Source of the DNA: Clostridia bacterium
Lineage (GTDB): Bacteria; Bacillota; Clostridia; Christensenellales; CAG-138
Reading direction: 5' to 3'
DNA length: 64,000 nucleotides
NCBI GenBank assembly: GCA_036677445.1
Contig: JAVBWI010000006.1
Span: 15,462 to 79,461, forward strand
This document shows positions 8,286-16,618 of this stretch, one piece after another. Both the position numbers and the translations under genes were made by a program. The notes beneath the pieces were generated by a model, which was given only the letters and a program-made list of their open reading frames with translations, was not told where the DNA came from and did not search any database. Within the stretch, counting starts at the first letter, position 1, and every line of letters starts with the position of its first letter.

Positions 8286-9092
8286 ATGGATCAAAGTGCG
8301 AAGCATTGCAACAACAGGGGTTCCTGCCGCCGATGGATGCGTGCGGGTATGCTGGTCTGTTGTCTGCCGGCCATTTTGACGCTTTGCGCCTGTACGCCGC
8401 AGGTACCGGCGGAAACGACAATTATGCCGGAGGAAACGCCGACGGTGCAAACACCGGCGCCACAGCGGGAGGACAATCCTGTAGAGGTATTTTGGAACAG
8501 GTTTGAAGAGGCATATGTTCCCTATCGGACGGCGATGGATATGGCGGCGGGCACGCCGGAGCGGATCGGGCTATTGGATAAGGCGCTGACGTTAGATCTC
8601 CATTTACAGCGGCTGCAGCAGATGTTTCTCGCTCTCACAAGCCTGCGGCAGAATGACGATAACAGAGAACTATGGGATGGCATGCTTTTTGGCGCAATGG
8701 AAGGAACGGGCAGCGTAGCCGGAACGGCGGGTAACTGTACGTTTTCCTGTACGTTTTCGGATACAAGCCAACTAAGGGGAGAATTGAAAAACGATAAGCT
8801 GGAGAGCGTCTGGCAGGGCGAAGGCTGGACAGTCCGTCGGGGAGAAATACTGCATACGGATGCCGGCTGGTATGCATTGGTGGTATGGGAAGACACGAAC
8901 AGCCTGCTTAATATTGCGGAGGACGCGCTTTGGTTTCGCGAGAACTTGGCCGACATATCGATATCGGATATGCCTCTGCCGCCTGCCGAATGGGCGGATT
9001 GGGGATATCAAAACGGTTCTTTCTTAGAAAGCGACGGAAGTACAATGAATGATCGCGGCAACGCAGTGGAAAATGGCGGCGATGTATTTTAA
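8286..9092 (+). CDS. Putative lipoprotein, unknown function (start uncertain)
   Basis: MRAGMLVCCLPAILTLCAC looks like a lipoprotein signal with a lipobox. No clear SD precedes either the ATG at 8286 or the one at 8337. Confidence 0.5.
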   Translation: MDQSAKHCNNRGSCRRWMRAGMLVCCLPAILTLCACTPQVPAETTIMPEETPTVQTPAPQREDNPVEVFWNRFEEAYVPYRTAMDMAAGTPERIGLLDKALTLDLHLQRLQQMFLALTSLRQNDDNRELWDGMLFGAMEGTGSVAGTAGNCTFSCTFSDTSQLRGELKNDKLESVWQGEGWTVRRGEILHTDAGWYALVVWEDTNSLLNIAEDALWFRENLADISISDMPLPPAEWADWGYQNGSFLESDGSTMNDRGNAVENGGDVF

Positions 9093-9118
9093 AGCAGCAC
9101 ATCGGAAGGAGAAGAGAC

Positions 9119-9613
9119 ATGAAGAATAAAATCGTAGTGTTTTCCTGGACCGGAAATACGGCGGCATGCGCGGTTGCACTGCAGCAGGCGTTGGATACCG
9201 AGGCGTTTCTGCTGGTGGAGGAAAAGGAGCGCGCCGGCAACAAAGGCTTTGCGCTTGGCGGCTTTCAGGCCAGCATAGGCGCGGGCACAAAGGTCAAAGA
9301 GCTGCCCGATATTTCCGATGTGGATGTTCTGTTGCTCGGCATGCCGGTTTGGGCAGGCACCACGCCGCCTGCAATCAATACATTTATGAAGCATTGCAGT
9401 TGCAGCGGCAAAAGCGTTTATGCGTTTACGACGCAGCAGAGTGATGAAGTACCGAAAAAGCTGGAAAGGAAACTGCAAAAGCTGATAGAAAGGCAAGGCG
9501 GACGCTTTGTGCATCTGTTTGTATTGCGTGTGCCGCATGGCAAGCAATTGAGCGTTGAGGAAGCGCTCTCACGCGTAGCAAAATGGACCGAGCGGATACA
9601 ATCCGGGGAATAA
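9119..9613 (+). CDS. Flavodoxin-family protein
   Basis: N-terminal KIVVFSWTGNT is an FMN-binding loop-like motif. Length is 164 aa and SD GGAGAAG lies upstream. Confidence 0.7.
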   Translation: MKNKIVVFSWTGNTAACAVALQQALDTEAFLLVEEKERAGNKGFALGGFQASIGAGTKVKELPDISDVDVLLLGMPVWAGTTPPAINTFMKHCSCSGKSVYAFTTQQSDEVPKKLERKLQKLIERQGGRFVHLFVLRVPHGKQLSVEEALSRVAKWTERIQSGE

Positions 9614-9706
9614 CGGCGTGCGCTTCCATGCTTCGGTGTTATGATATATAACCTTCTTGGCAATACTCGTTTGTGAAATGTGTGTTACCAAGGAGGATTC
9701 AGCCTC

Positions 9707-10120
9707 GTGAAAAAGATTTGGAACCATTACGATTCCATGGATTTCAGCGATTCCGGCGAAGAAGCGGGCTATGCCCCGCAGACTCAGCAAAACCGTCCCG
9801 AAGCGCCTCATAAACGCAGCGGCTGGGATCGATTCTACTCCTGGCTGTTTCATGCGGAAGAGGAGACGGAACAGCCTTACGGTGAAATTCCGCTGATTGC
9901 GGCGGATACCCCGGCCGAGCGTGCCCTGCAGGCGCAGCAGCGCGAGCAAATTCAGCAGGCGCTGCGCGATTGGAAAAACGCTGCCGCATATTTTGAGAAT
10001 GTGGCGGATCCTGAACTTGTAGATTTTGCCGTCTACGATATGGAGGCTGCGCAGAGGCGATACGTTTATTTGCTGCGTAACGCAAGAAACGGGGGAAACA
10101 CCATAGACTTCCCAAAATGA
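9707..10120 (+). CDS. YaaL-like (DUF2508) protein with N-terminal extension
   Basis: The C-terminal ALRDWKNAAAYFENVADPELVDFAVYDMEAAQRRYVYLLRNAR matches the DUF2508 pattern, and the gene lies next to bofA as in Bacillus. A GTG start was chosen because AAGGAGG lies 10 nt upstream. Confidence 0.55.
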   Translation: MKKIWNHYDSMDFSDSGEEAGYAPQTQQNRPEAPHKRSGWDRFYSWLFHAEEETEQPYGEIPLIAADTPAERALQAQQREQIQQALRDWKNAAAYFENVADPELVDFAVYDMEAAQRRYVYLLRNARNGGNTIDFPK

Positions 10121-10201
10121 TACAAAGCGCATAGACGTAATTTGCAGCGCATATGCTAACACGGGGACCCTTCACAAGAATCCCATAAATGGAGGAACAC
10201 C

Positions 10202-10468
10202 ATGGATCTTGTCGGCCTATTGTTTGCTTTTGCTGCAGGATTGCTGCTGTTATACCTGCTCGCGTCACTGCTTGTTGTACCGCTCAAGTGGCTAGGCAAG
10301 CTGATTATCAGCAGCGTGGTGGGGTTTCTGATACTGGCGGCGCTGAATTTGGTGGGCGGCGCACTGTTTGGGTTTACCATTGCATTGAACCCCATCAATG
10401 CGCTGATTGCAGGCATACTTGGCATTCCCGGCGTTGTGCTGTTGATCATATTTCGTTTGTTTCTCTAA
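10202..10468 (+). CDS. bofA: Pro-sigma-K processing inhibitor BofA
   Basis: 88 aa with two TM helices. The sequence LKWLGKLIISSVVGFLILAALNLVG...LNPINALIAGILGIPGVVLL is typical of BofA. Confidence 0.8.
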   Translation: MDLVGLLFAFAAGLLLLYLLASLLVVPLKWLGKLIISSVVGFLILAALNLVGGALFGFTIALNPINALIAGILGIPGVVLLIIFRLFL

Positions 10469-10572
10469 AGTGCGAATGCTCCGAATCCGAACCGTTTGGA
10501 TCACAGGCGGTTCTTTTATTTTGCAACGACATTTATATATTCCACAGTGAGACTTCTTGCAGAAATATATTT

Positions 10573-11784
10573 TCATCGGGCGGCGCCGCCATCACGCGGG
10601 TTGACCTCCATATATCTCAAAAAAGCAAGCTGCCATTCCTTCAAATTCTCTTCGCACGTGTCATACGCAAGATCCTCCTGAATCCTGTCGCTGAGCAGTT
10701 GGCGCTCGGCGGGGTGGAGCAGGAAAAACACTTGATCATATTCCTCCTTGTCAAAGCATTCGGCCAACACTTCCGTCAAATCGGCAACGCTATGGATACA
10801 ACGCTGCAGCATGGCGAGTTTATCGGAAGTATATCTGCAGGCGGAAAGCTCGGATATCATCTCGCGCAACTCTTCGTCCGGCATCATAGGGCCATCCAAG
10901 AATTCGGTTCGCGGCGGCGCAGAGCTCCGCATACAGACAAACAGCCCCTCCAGCGTACCGAACGTAAGCCGCTGCCGCAGTTGTGCGCAAAACGACAAGG
11001 CGGCAGCTTCATAATAACGCACATGCCGCGCATCGGTAAGCTGCATTCCTTGCAGAACCTCCGTAAGGGAACTTCGTACGGTCGCGTGCATTTCTTTGTC
11101 TGTCAGCTGGGATAATTTGCTGTTGAGCGAAGCTGTATCCGGTTGCGTAAGACACAGCGTGCCATATGCCTTGCCAAGCATCTGTAGTCCAAGGGCGTTG
11201 TGCATCACAAGCTCGAATATATTGACCAGCAGCGCCTCATACTCGGTACTGTAAGCGCGAAGCAGCGCTTCGATTGCTTCCGAAGTAAAATTGCCGATAA
11301 AATTCGCCTCTATCTGCAGCCTTGTGAGATATTCCAACATGGCTTCTATTCCGGAAAGTTCCGTGACCGGCGCGGCCAGTGGATAATCAATACTCCCGCC
11401 GTCCAGATGCGCGGCAAACTGCACATCATACTGCCGAAAAAAGAGCGGGATGCCATGCTGCAGCGTGTCCCGGTAAGCCGCATTTGCAGTGGGAAGCATG
11501 GATGACTGTAAATCGGTGAGCAGCGCCTTTGCAGCTTTGATGTTGCCTTCTTCTATTTTCAGTCCCTTTTGAAAACATGTTTCCACAGACTCTTTTGATA
11601 AAAGCATATTCTTATCCGGCCCTTGAACCGGTGACATTTTGCGGTAGCCGTTCAGGCAATACCGTATGGAAAGCAATATTTGCTCCGCCGTTTCCATCGG
11701 CACGGAAGTGCTGTCGCCGCCCGTGAATATGCTCATTCGCTTTTTGAACAGCAATGCGAGTTCGTCGATTTGGCTCCTATTCAT
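10573..11784 (-). CDS. Conserved hypothetical all-alpha protein (I recall DUF6179-like; unverified)
   Basis: 403-aa ORF with no TM helix or signal peptide. Its start overlaps the upstream gene's stop by 4 nt (ATGA). Confidence 0.6.
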   Translation of the reverse strand: MNRSQIDELALLFKKRMSIFTGGDSTSVPMETAEQILLSIRYCLNGYRKMSPVQGPDKNMLLSKESVETCFQKGLKIEEGNIKAAKALLTDLQSSMLPTANAAYRDTLQHGIPLFFRQYDVQFAAHLDGGSIDYPLAAPVTELSGIEAMLEYLTRLQIEANFIGNFTSEAIEALLRAYSTEYEALLVNIFELVMHNALGLQMLGKAYGTLCLTQPDTASLNSKLSQLTDKEMHATVRSSLTEVLQGMQLTDARHVRYYEAAALSFCAQLRQRLTFGTLEGLFVCMRSSAPPRTEFLDGPMMPDEELREMISELSACRYTSDKLAMLQRCIHSVADLTEVLAECFDKEEYDQVFFLLHPAERQLLSDRIQEDLAYDTCEENLKEWQLAFLRYMEVNPRDGGAAR

Positions 11785-12215
11785 CTGCTTTCACCATAAC
11801 GCACCGCGCGGCAGATTTGCTCCAACGCCGTCTCCTGCAAATACTCGATGGAACCCTGCGCATAGCCGTCGAAATATTCCTTCATAACAGCAATCAGATC
11901 ATCGTCACCCAATTCCTCCAGCGATTCGTTTTTGAAATAGTAAAATATCTCCTGCAGCGCCATAAGCGTTTCCACATAATTTTCCTGAAAAATGTAGGGC
12001 GAATCGCAGAACGCATAAATGAGCTTGGGCAGTATACCGCCATCCCACTCGATCCTGCCGTGCGCGGTCAGCATTTGCATGCGGTGTTCCGCAAGCGCAA
12101 ACGCATCCTCGTCGGAGAGCACAACGCCATACCGCGAGGTGTATGCGTTGCAGGCTCTAATTTCCAGGCTCGCCTGCCGGTTTTGCATGGCTATAAGGTT
12201 TTGCAGTTTATCCAT
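11781..12215 (-). CDS. Conserved hypothetical protein (I recall DUF6323-like; unverified)
   Basis: Start set at MDKLQNL because GGAGGAGG lies 8 nt upstream. The gene is translationally coupled to the 403-aa gene. Confidence 0.6.
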   Translation of the reverse strand: MDKLQNLIAMQNRQASLEIRACNAYTSRYGVVLSDEDAFALAEHRMQMLTAHGRIEWDGGILPKLIYAFCDSPYIFQENYVETLMALQEIFYYFKNESLEELGDDDLIAVMKEYFDGYAQGSIEYLQETALEQICRAVRYGESR

Positions 12216-12246
12216 GAACGGTACCTCCTCCAGCTTGGTAACCGTT

Positions 12247-12275
12247 AGTATATGCGCCTGAAGAGCACAGTACAA
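12247..12275 (-). promoter_or_regulatory. Sigma-A-type promoter for the two-gene unknown operon
   Basis: On the minus strand: TTGTAC-17 nt-TATACT, about 30 nt upstream of the ATG at 12215. Confidence 0.45.
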
Positions 12276-12313
12276 GTCTTGCTTTTTCTTGCATTTTGTG
12301 GTATAGTACAAGT

Positions 12314-12353
12314 GAAAAGAAGGCGGCGTACACCGGAAAAATGTGTACGCCGC
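12314..12353 (-). terminator. Intrinsic terminator after the lipoprotein gene
   Basis: On the minus strand: GCGGCGTACAC-atttttccg-GTGTACGCCGC followed by CTTCTTTTC. Confidence 0.65.
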
Positions 12354-12382
12354 TTTGCGTTGCTAGCAAGTCTGCATATATC

Positions 12383-13006
12383 TTAAGGCCAGTATACTTG
12401 TTCGACGGATATCACAGTTCCGTCTGTGACGTGGACCTTGTAGAAGAATGAATCCAATACCAGCGAAGAATCAAGCGCATACAGTGCATTCAAATCTGCG
12501 ATGGTCGCATTGAAGGACTTAACATAGTCATCCATGTTGCCGTTTTTGTCATACATCAGTTTAAGGGGAAGACCGCTCAAATCGATCGTCCGAAGCTGAG
12601 GGTTGGTGTTTTTCTCGATAAACTCGGAATCTGCAAAGTCTGCTACGACCTTTTCCGCTTCGGCCTGCGAATACCCTTCTTGACTGACCAGCCATTTCAC
12701 GGCGTCCTTTCCCTGTAACAAATCAAAGTAGTCAAAATCTGCGTATCCTGTCGATGGATTATAGGAGACCATATAGGCATAGCTTGTATACAGCGCCGGC
12801 CCTGTATACGGTGTGGGCGTACCGGCCGCCGGTGTAGCTGCCGGCAGGAAAGACGAAGCTGACGGCGATGGCATGGGGCTGGCGGTGCTTATTGCAGTAG
12901 CCGCGGGCGTTGCGGTGACGGGGGAAACAGGTACCGCGTATATCTTGACACAGGCGGCCAGCAGCAGGGGGATGAGCAGGCAAAACAATACGGCAATCTT
13001 TTTCAT
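12383..13006 (-). CDS. Lipoprotein, unknown function
   Basis: MKKIAVLFCLLIPLLLAAC is a lipobox signal. It is followed by a Pro/Ala/Thr-rich linker and then a globular domain. Confidence 0.65.
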   Translation of the reverse strand: MKKIAVLFCLLIPLLLAACVKIYAVPVSPVTATPAATAISTASPMPSPSASSFLPAATPAAGTPTPYTGPALYTSYAYMVSYNPSTGYADFDYFDLLQGKDAVKWLVSQEGYSQAEAEKVVADFADSEFIEKNTNPQLRTIDLSGLPLKLMYDKNGNMDDYVKSFNATIADLNALYALDSSLVLDSFFYKVHVTDGTVISVEQVYWP

Positions 13007-13283
13007 AGAAGACTTCTCCTTGTCATAATGTGTTAAAGTGCCATAGACAGGGACGTGTATTGTGGAAATATTATACTACGGACTGCCGACCTATGCATTA
13101 AAAAAATGGAACTTTGGGCGCAATTCAATATGCCGGTAAAGTGATGCATCTTTTTCCAAGTATATTTTTATATGGGCGATATGAATGTTGCGGCGACGGC
13201 TGTTAATTCCGTACAGAGTGGGAATGATAGTGAATAGCACGTCGATCCCAAATGGATCGCGCTATGCAGGCAGGGGAGGCTAA

Positions 13284-15662
13284 ATGACATTGCGCAAAGA
13301 CAAACAAAAAGATAAAACCCAGAGCAAAGAAAAGCGCCTGCGCCGCAGGCGGATTTTGAAGCGTACGCTGCTGGGGTTAACGCTCATCTGTCTGTCCTTT
13401 GTATTATTTGGGGCAGTGTATGTTTTGCGGTTGGATGCATGGAGGGAGTTTGACCCTGAACGCATACTCGGCGCGCCGCAGTCGTTGCTGATATATGATG
13501 CCGAGGGCGAGCAGGTCAGTTGTCTTTCCGCGCAGGAAACACGCATTGCCATACCGCTCGAGCAAGTACCGCAGTATGTGCGGCAAGCGTTTATTTCTGC
13601 GGAGGACGCGCGGTTTTATGAGCATATCGGCGTGGATTTCATTCGCATACTGGGCGCGGCGTGGGAGGATATCAAAGCCGGGGGCTATGTGCAAGGCGCA
13701 TCCACCATCAGCCAGCAATTGGTCAAGCTTAGTCATTTGACCGCCGAAAAGGTTATGACCCGCAAACTGGAAGAGGCGGTGCTCGCCTATCAAATGGAGC
13801 AGCAGTTCTCCAAGGATCAAATATTGGAGATGTATTTGAACTACGTGTATTTCGGCGGCGGCTTTTACGGAATCGAAGCGGCGGCGCGCGGATACTTTGG
13901 CGTACACGCAAGCGAACTCACAGTGGCGCAGGGTGCGATGCTGGCGGGCATACTCAAGTCGCCCTCCAGGTATGCGCCGCATTTGAATATGGAGGCGAGC
14001 ACGGAACGAAGGAATCTGGTACTGCGGCTGATGGAAGAGTACGGATATTTGGATTCGGCGGCCTGTACGGCGGCGCAGGCGGAGACGGTCGTGCTTAATA
14101 ACAGCTTGCGGCAGGAGCACCGCGGATATTATATCGACCTTGCGCTGGAGCAGGCCTGCGCGGTACTGGATGTTTCCATGTCGGAACTGCTGACCGACGG
14201 CTACCGCATACAGACCGCGATGGACAGCGAACTACAGGCCTATTGCGAAACCATATTGCAGGACGATGCGCATTTTCCGGAGGAAGCGAAGGATGCGCAG
14301 GCGGCGCTTGTGGTGGTGGACGTGGATACCGGCGGTGTTGCGGCGCTTATGGGCGGCAGGGAAAGCACGACCGCCTTGGGGTACAATCGCGCAACACGCA
14401 TACGGCGGCAGCCTGGCTCCGTCATAAAGCCTATCATCGCCTATGCACCCGCGCTGGAAAACTACCGTTATACGACCGTTACCATGCTGCTTGACGAGCC
14501 GACAGATTTCAACGGTTATCAACCGGAAAACTTCGGCCAAAAATATCACGGATGGGTAACGTTACGCGAAGCTGTGTCGGATTCCCTCAACGTGCCCGCC
14601 GTTAAGGTGCTTTCGAGCATAGGTGTAGAAACAGGCAAACGCTTTGCCCAAGAGGTGGGCATCACATTCGATGGGCAGGATAACAGTCTGGCGCTCGCTC
14701 TTGGCGGTTTCACGTACGGGGTATCGCCCTATCAGATTGCGGGGGCGTATGCGACCTTTGCTTCGGGCGGACTATATTCGACCCCATCTTTAATATCGTC
14801 CATTACAGACAGCGAGGGAGAAGCGCTTTTTACCTATACGCCTGAAAAAAACCGTGTGATGAGCGAGGCGAATGCGTATATACTCAACGACATGCTGCAA
14901 AGCGCAATCAAGGAAGGCACCGGTCACAGGCTGGGTGAACTGGAATTTGCGCTGGCCGGGAAAACGGGCACTACGGGCGAAGGAGAAGGCAATCGGGACG
15001 CCTGGATGGCGGCATATAATCCGGAATATGCCGCAGCAGTATGGATGGGTTATGACGATTCCGCCGATGGCCGCACATTGCCGCATGCGGCTACAGGCGG
15101 CACATATCCTGCCATGATACTTTCCGACATATTCACTAAGCTTTACGAAGGGAAAGCAGCGCCGGCATTCGCTATGCCGGAAGGCGTTTTGGAGGTAAAG
15201 CTGGATGCCTATACATTGGAAAACGCGCATGTGGCCACGCTTGCAAGCGCGCTGACGCCGTCGTCTTCCGTCGTGCGTGAAGTGTTTGCAGCGGGAACGG
15301 AACCAAACAATATGAACGAATACTGGATCATACCATCGCCCCCCGCATCGTTTGCTGCAGAATTGAACGAGGATGGGTTGCCTGCGCTTACCTTCCAGCC
15401 AAAAGAGAGCTTTGTGCTTTACCGTCTATATCGCGAGGATCGACAGGGCAGCACGCAAATGCTTGGCGAGTGGCCGGGCAGCAATGGTACGGTGTACTAT
15501 TCCGATACAAGCGCGCAAGCCGGGGAAACCTACACTTATTATATTATTCCGGCCCACCCGCAGCTGGAAATCGGTGGAAAACAAGTGGTTGGCCCTTCCT
15601 CAAAACGGATAGAGCTTAAAATACCAACGAATCCGTTTATTGCGAATGGGGAAGGGGAGTAA
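13284..15662 (+). CDS. Class A penicillin-binding protein (transglycosylase/transpeptidase, PBP1A family)
   Basis: GT51 motifs EDARFYEH, GASTISQQL and RKLEE. Transpeptidase motifs SVIKP (SxxK), SLN (SxN) and KTGT. There is an N-terminal TM anchor. Confidence 0.9.
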   Translation: MTLRKDKQKDKTQSKEKRLRRRRILKRTLLGLTLICLSFVLFGAVYVLRLDAWREFDPERILGAPQSLLIYDAEGEQVSCLSAQETRIAIPLEQVPQYVRQAFISAEDARFYEHIGVDFIRILGAAWEDIKAGGYVQGASTISQQLVKLSHLTAEKVMTRKLEEAVLAYQMEQQFSKDQILEMYLNYVYFGGGFYGIEAAARGYFGVHASELTVAQGAMLAGILKSPSRYAPHLNMEASTERRNLVLRLMEEYGYLDSAACTAAQAETVVLNNSLRQEHRGYYIDLALEQACAVLDVSMSELLTDGYRIQTAMDSELQAYCETILQDDAHFPEEAKDAQAALVVVDVDTGGVAALMGGRESTTALGYNRATRIRRQPGSVIKPIIAYAPALENYRYTTVTMLLDEPTDFNGYQPENFGQKYHGWVTLREAVSDSLNVPAVKVLSSIGVETGKRFAQEVGITFDGQDNSLALALGGFTYGVSPYQIAGAYATFASGGLYSTPSLISSITDSEGEALFTYTPEKNRVMSEANAYILNDMLQSAIKEGTGHRLGELEFALAGKTGTTGEGEGNRDAWMAAYNPEYAAAVWMGYDDSADGRTLPHAATGGTYPAMILSDIFTKLYEGKAAPAFAMPEGVLEVKLDAYTLENAHVATLASALTPSSSVVREVFAAGTEPNNMNEYWIIPSPPASFAAELNEDGLPALTFQPKESFVLYRLYREDRQGSTQMLGEWPGSNGTVYYSDTSAQAGETYTYYIIPAHPQLEIGGKQVVGPSSKRIELKIPTNPFIANGEGE

Positions 15663-15700
15663 AGGTTGTTTTGCTCTATGGATTTTGCCGCCGGAACGGC

Positions 15701-15742
15701 TTGCAGCATAACCCTATATCATATATACTATAGATATAGTAT
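15701..15742 (+). promoter_or_regulatory. Candidate promoter (TTGCAG-17-TATACT) overlapped by a perfect inverted repeat, a probable GntR operator
   Basis: The -35 is at 15701-06 and the -10 at 15724-29. The palindrome ATACTATA-GA-TATAGTAT spans 15725-15742, directly upstream of the GntR gene. Confidence 0.45.
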
Positions 15743-15865
15743 TTTCCCAATATGTTCATCCATCATTTTGTGCGTAAAGACGCGTACAGGCAAACGATAT
15801 ATAAAAAGCATGTGGAATACGATGGAATAGGGGGATGCGCGCCACGTGTTGGCGTCGCGATAGCT

Positions 15866-16549
15866 ATGAAAGAGCATGTCACTTTGGATCTGGGGCAGAT
15901 TGCGAGCGAGATGCAGCCGCGCTCCATGGCGGCGAGAGATTGGGTGTTTCAGGTGCTGCGCGCGGCGATTGTTCGCGGTATATTGCCGGGAGGAATGCCG
16001 CTTAGGCAGGATGAGATATCGGCGGCACTCAGCGTGAGTCATATCCCCGTACGAGAGGCCTTCCGTCAGCTTGAAGCGCAGGGGCTGGTACGCATTTACC
16101 CCAACCGCGGCGCGATCGTAACAAAATTGACGCTCGAAGAGATGGAAGACATTATGGACGTACGCGCTTTGCTTGAAGTAGGCGCGCTTCGCGTTGCTAT
16201 CCCTATTATGACAATCGAGACCATTGAGACTGCCCAAGCTATTATCAACGATTCACTGCTGGAGACATCGCCTAACCGTCTGGAGGAGCTGAATTCCTGC
16301 TTCCATTTCACGTTATACGAGCCGGTGCAGAATCAAATGCTGTTCCGGCTGATCGAGCAGATGCACGCGAACGTCGACCGCTACATCCGCGTATATTACA
16401 GCGAACCGGTGTATTACGAGGAAACCAAGCGGCAGCATGCCGAACTGCTGGATGCATGCAGGGCGCACGATACAGAACGTGCCTGCGCGATACTGCACGA
16501 GCATATCTCCAGTACCAAAGCATTGCTGGAGCCCCGCCTGAACGATTGA
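15866..16549 (+). CDS. GntR-family transcriptional regulator (FadR/FCD type); start uncertain
   Basis: The wHTH is LRQDEISAALSVSHIPVREAFRQLEAQGLV, followed by an all-alpha C-terminal FCD-like domain. None of the candidate starts has a good SD. Confidence 0.8.
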   Translation: MKEHVTLDLGQIASEMQPRSMAARDWVFQVLRAAIVRGILPGGMPLRQDEISAALSVSHIPVREAFRQLEAQGLVRIYPNRGAIVTKLTLEEMEDIMDVRALLEVGALRVAIPIMTIETIETAQAIINDSLLETSPNRLEELNSCFHFTLYEPVQNQMLFRLIEQMHANVDRYIRVYYSEPVYYEETKRQHAELLDACRAHDTERACAILHEHISSTKALLEPRLND

Positions 16550-16618
16550 GTATAAACCAGCATAGTGCAACAAAAAGAGCTCCTTTTGCGTCATAAAGAC
16601 AAAAAAGGAGCTTTTGTT

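Noticed and set aside
7037-8287. 416-aa ORF antisense to proA
   Set aside because: proA on the plus strand has unmistakable family motifs and a good SD. The antisense ORF is Arg/His/Gly-rich, typical of shadow ORFs in GC-rich coding DNA, and has no start context.
10189-11115. 308-aa plus-strand ORF overlapping bofA and the 403-aa minus-strand gene
   Set aside because: It overlaps a clear BofA ORF in another frame and the well-supported minus-strand operon. Its composition is Arg/His/Cys-rich.
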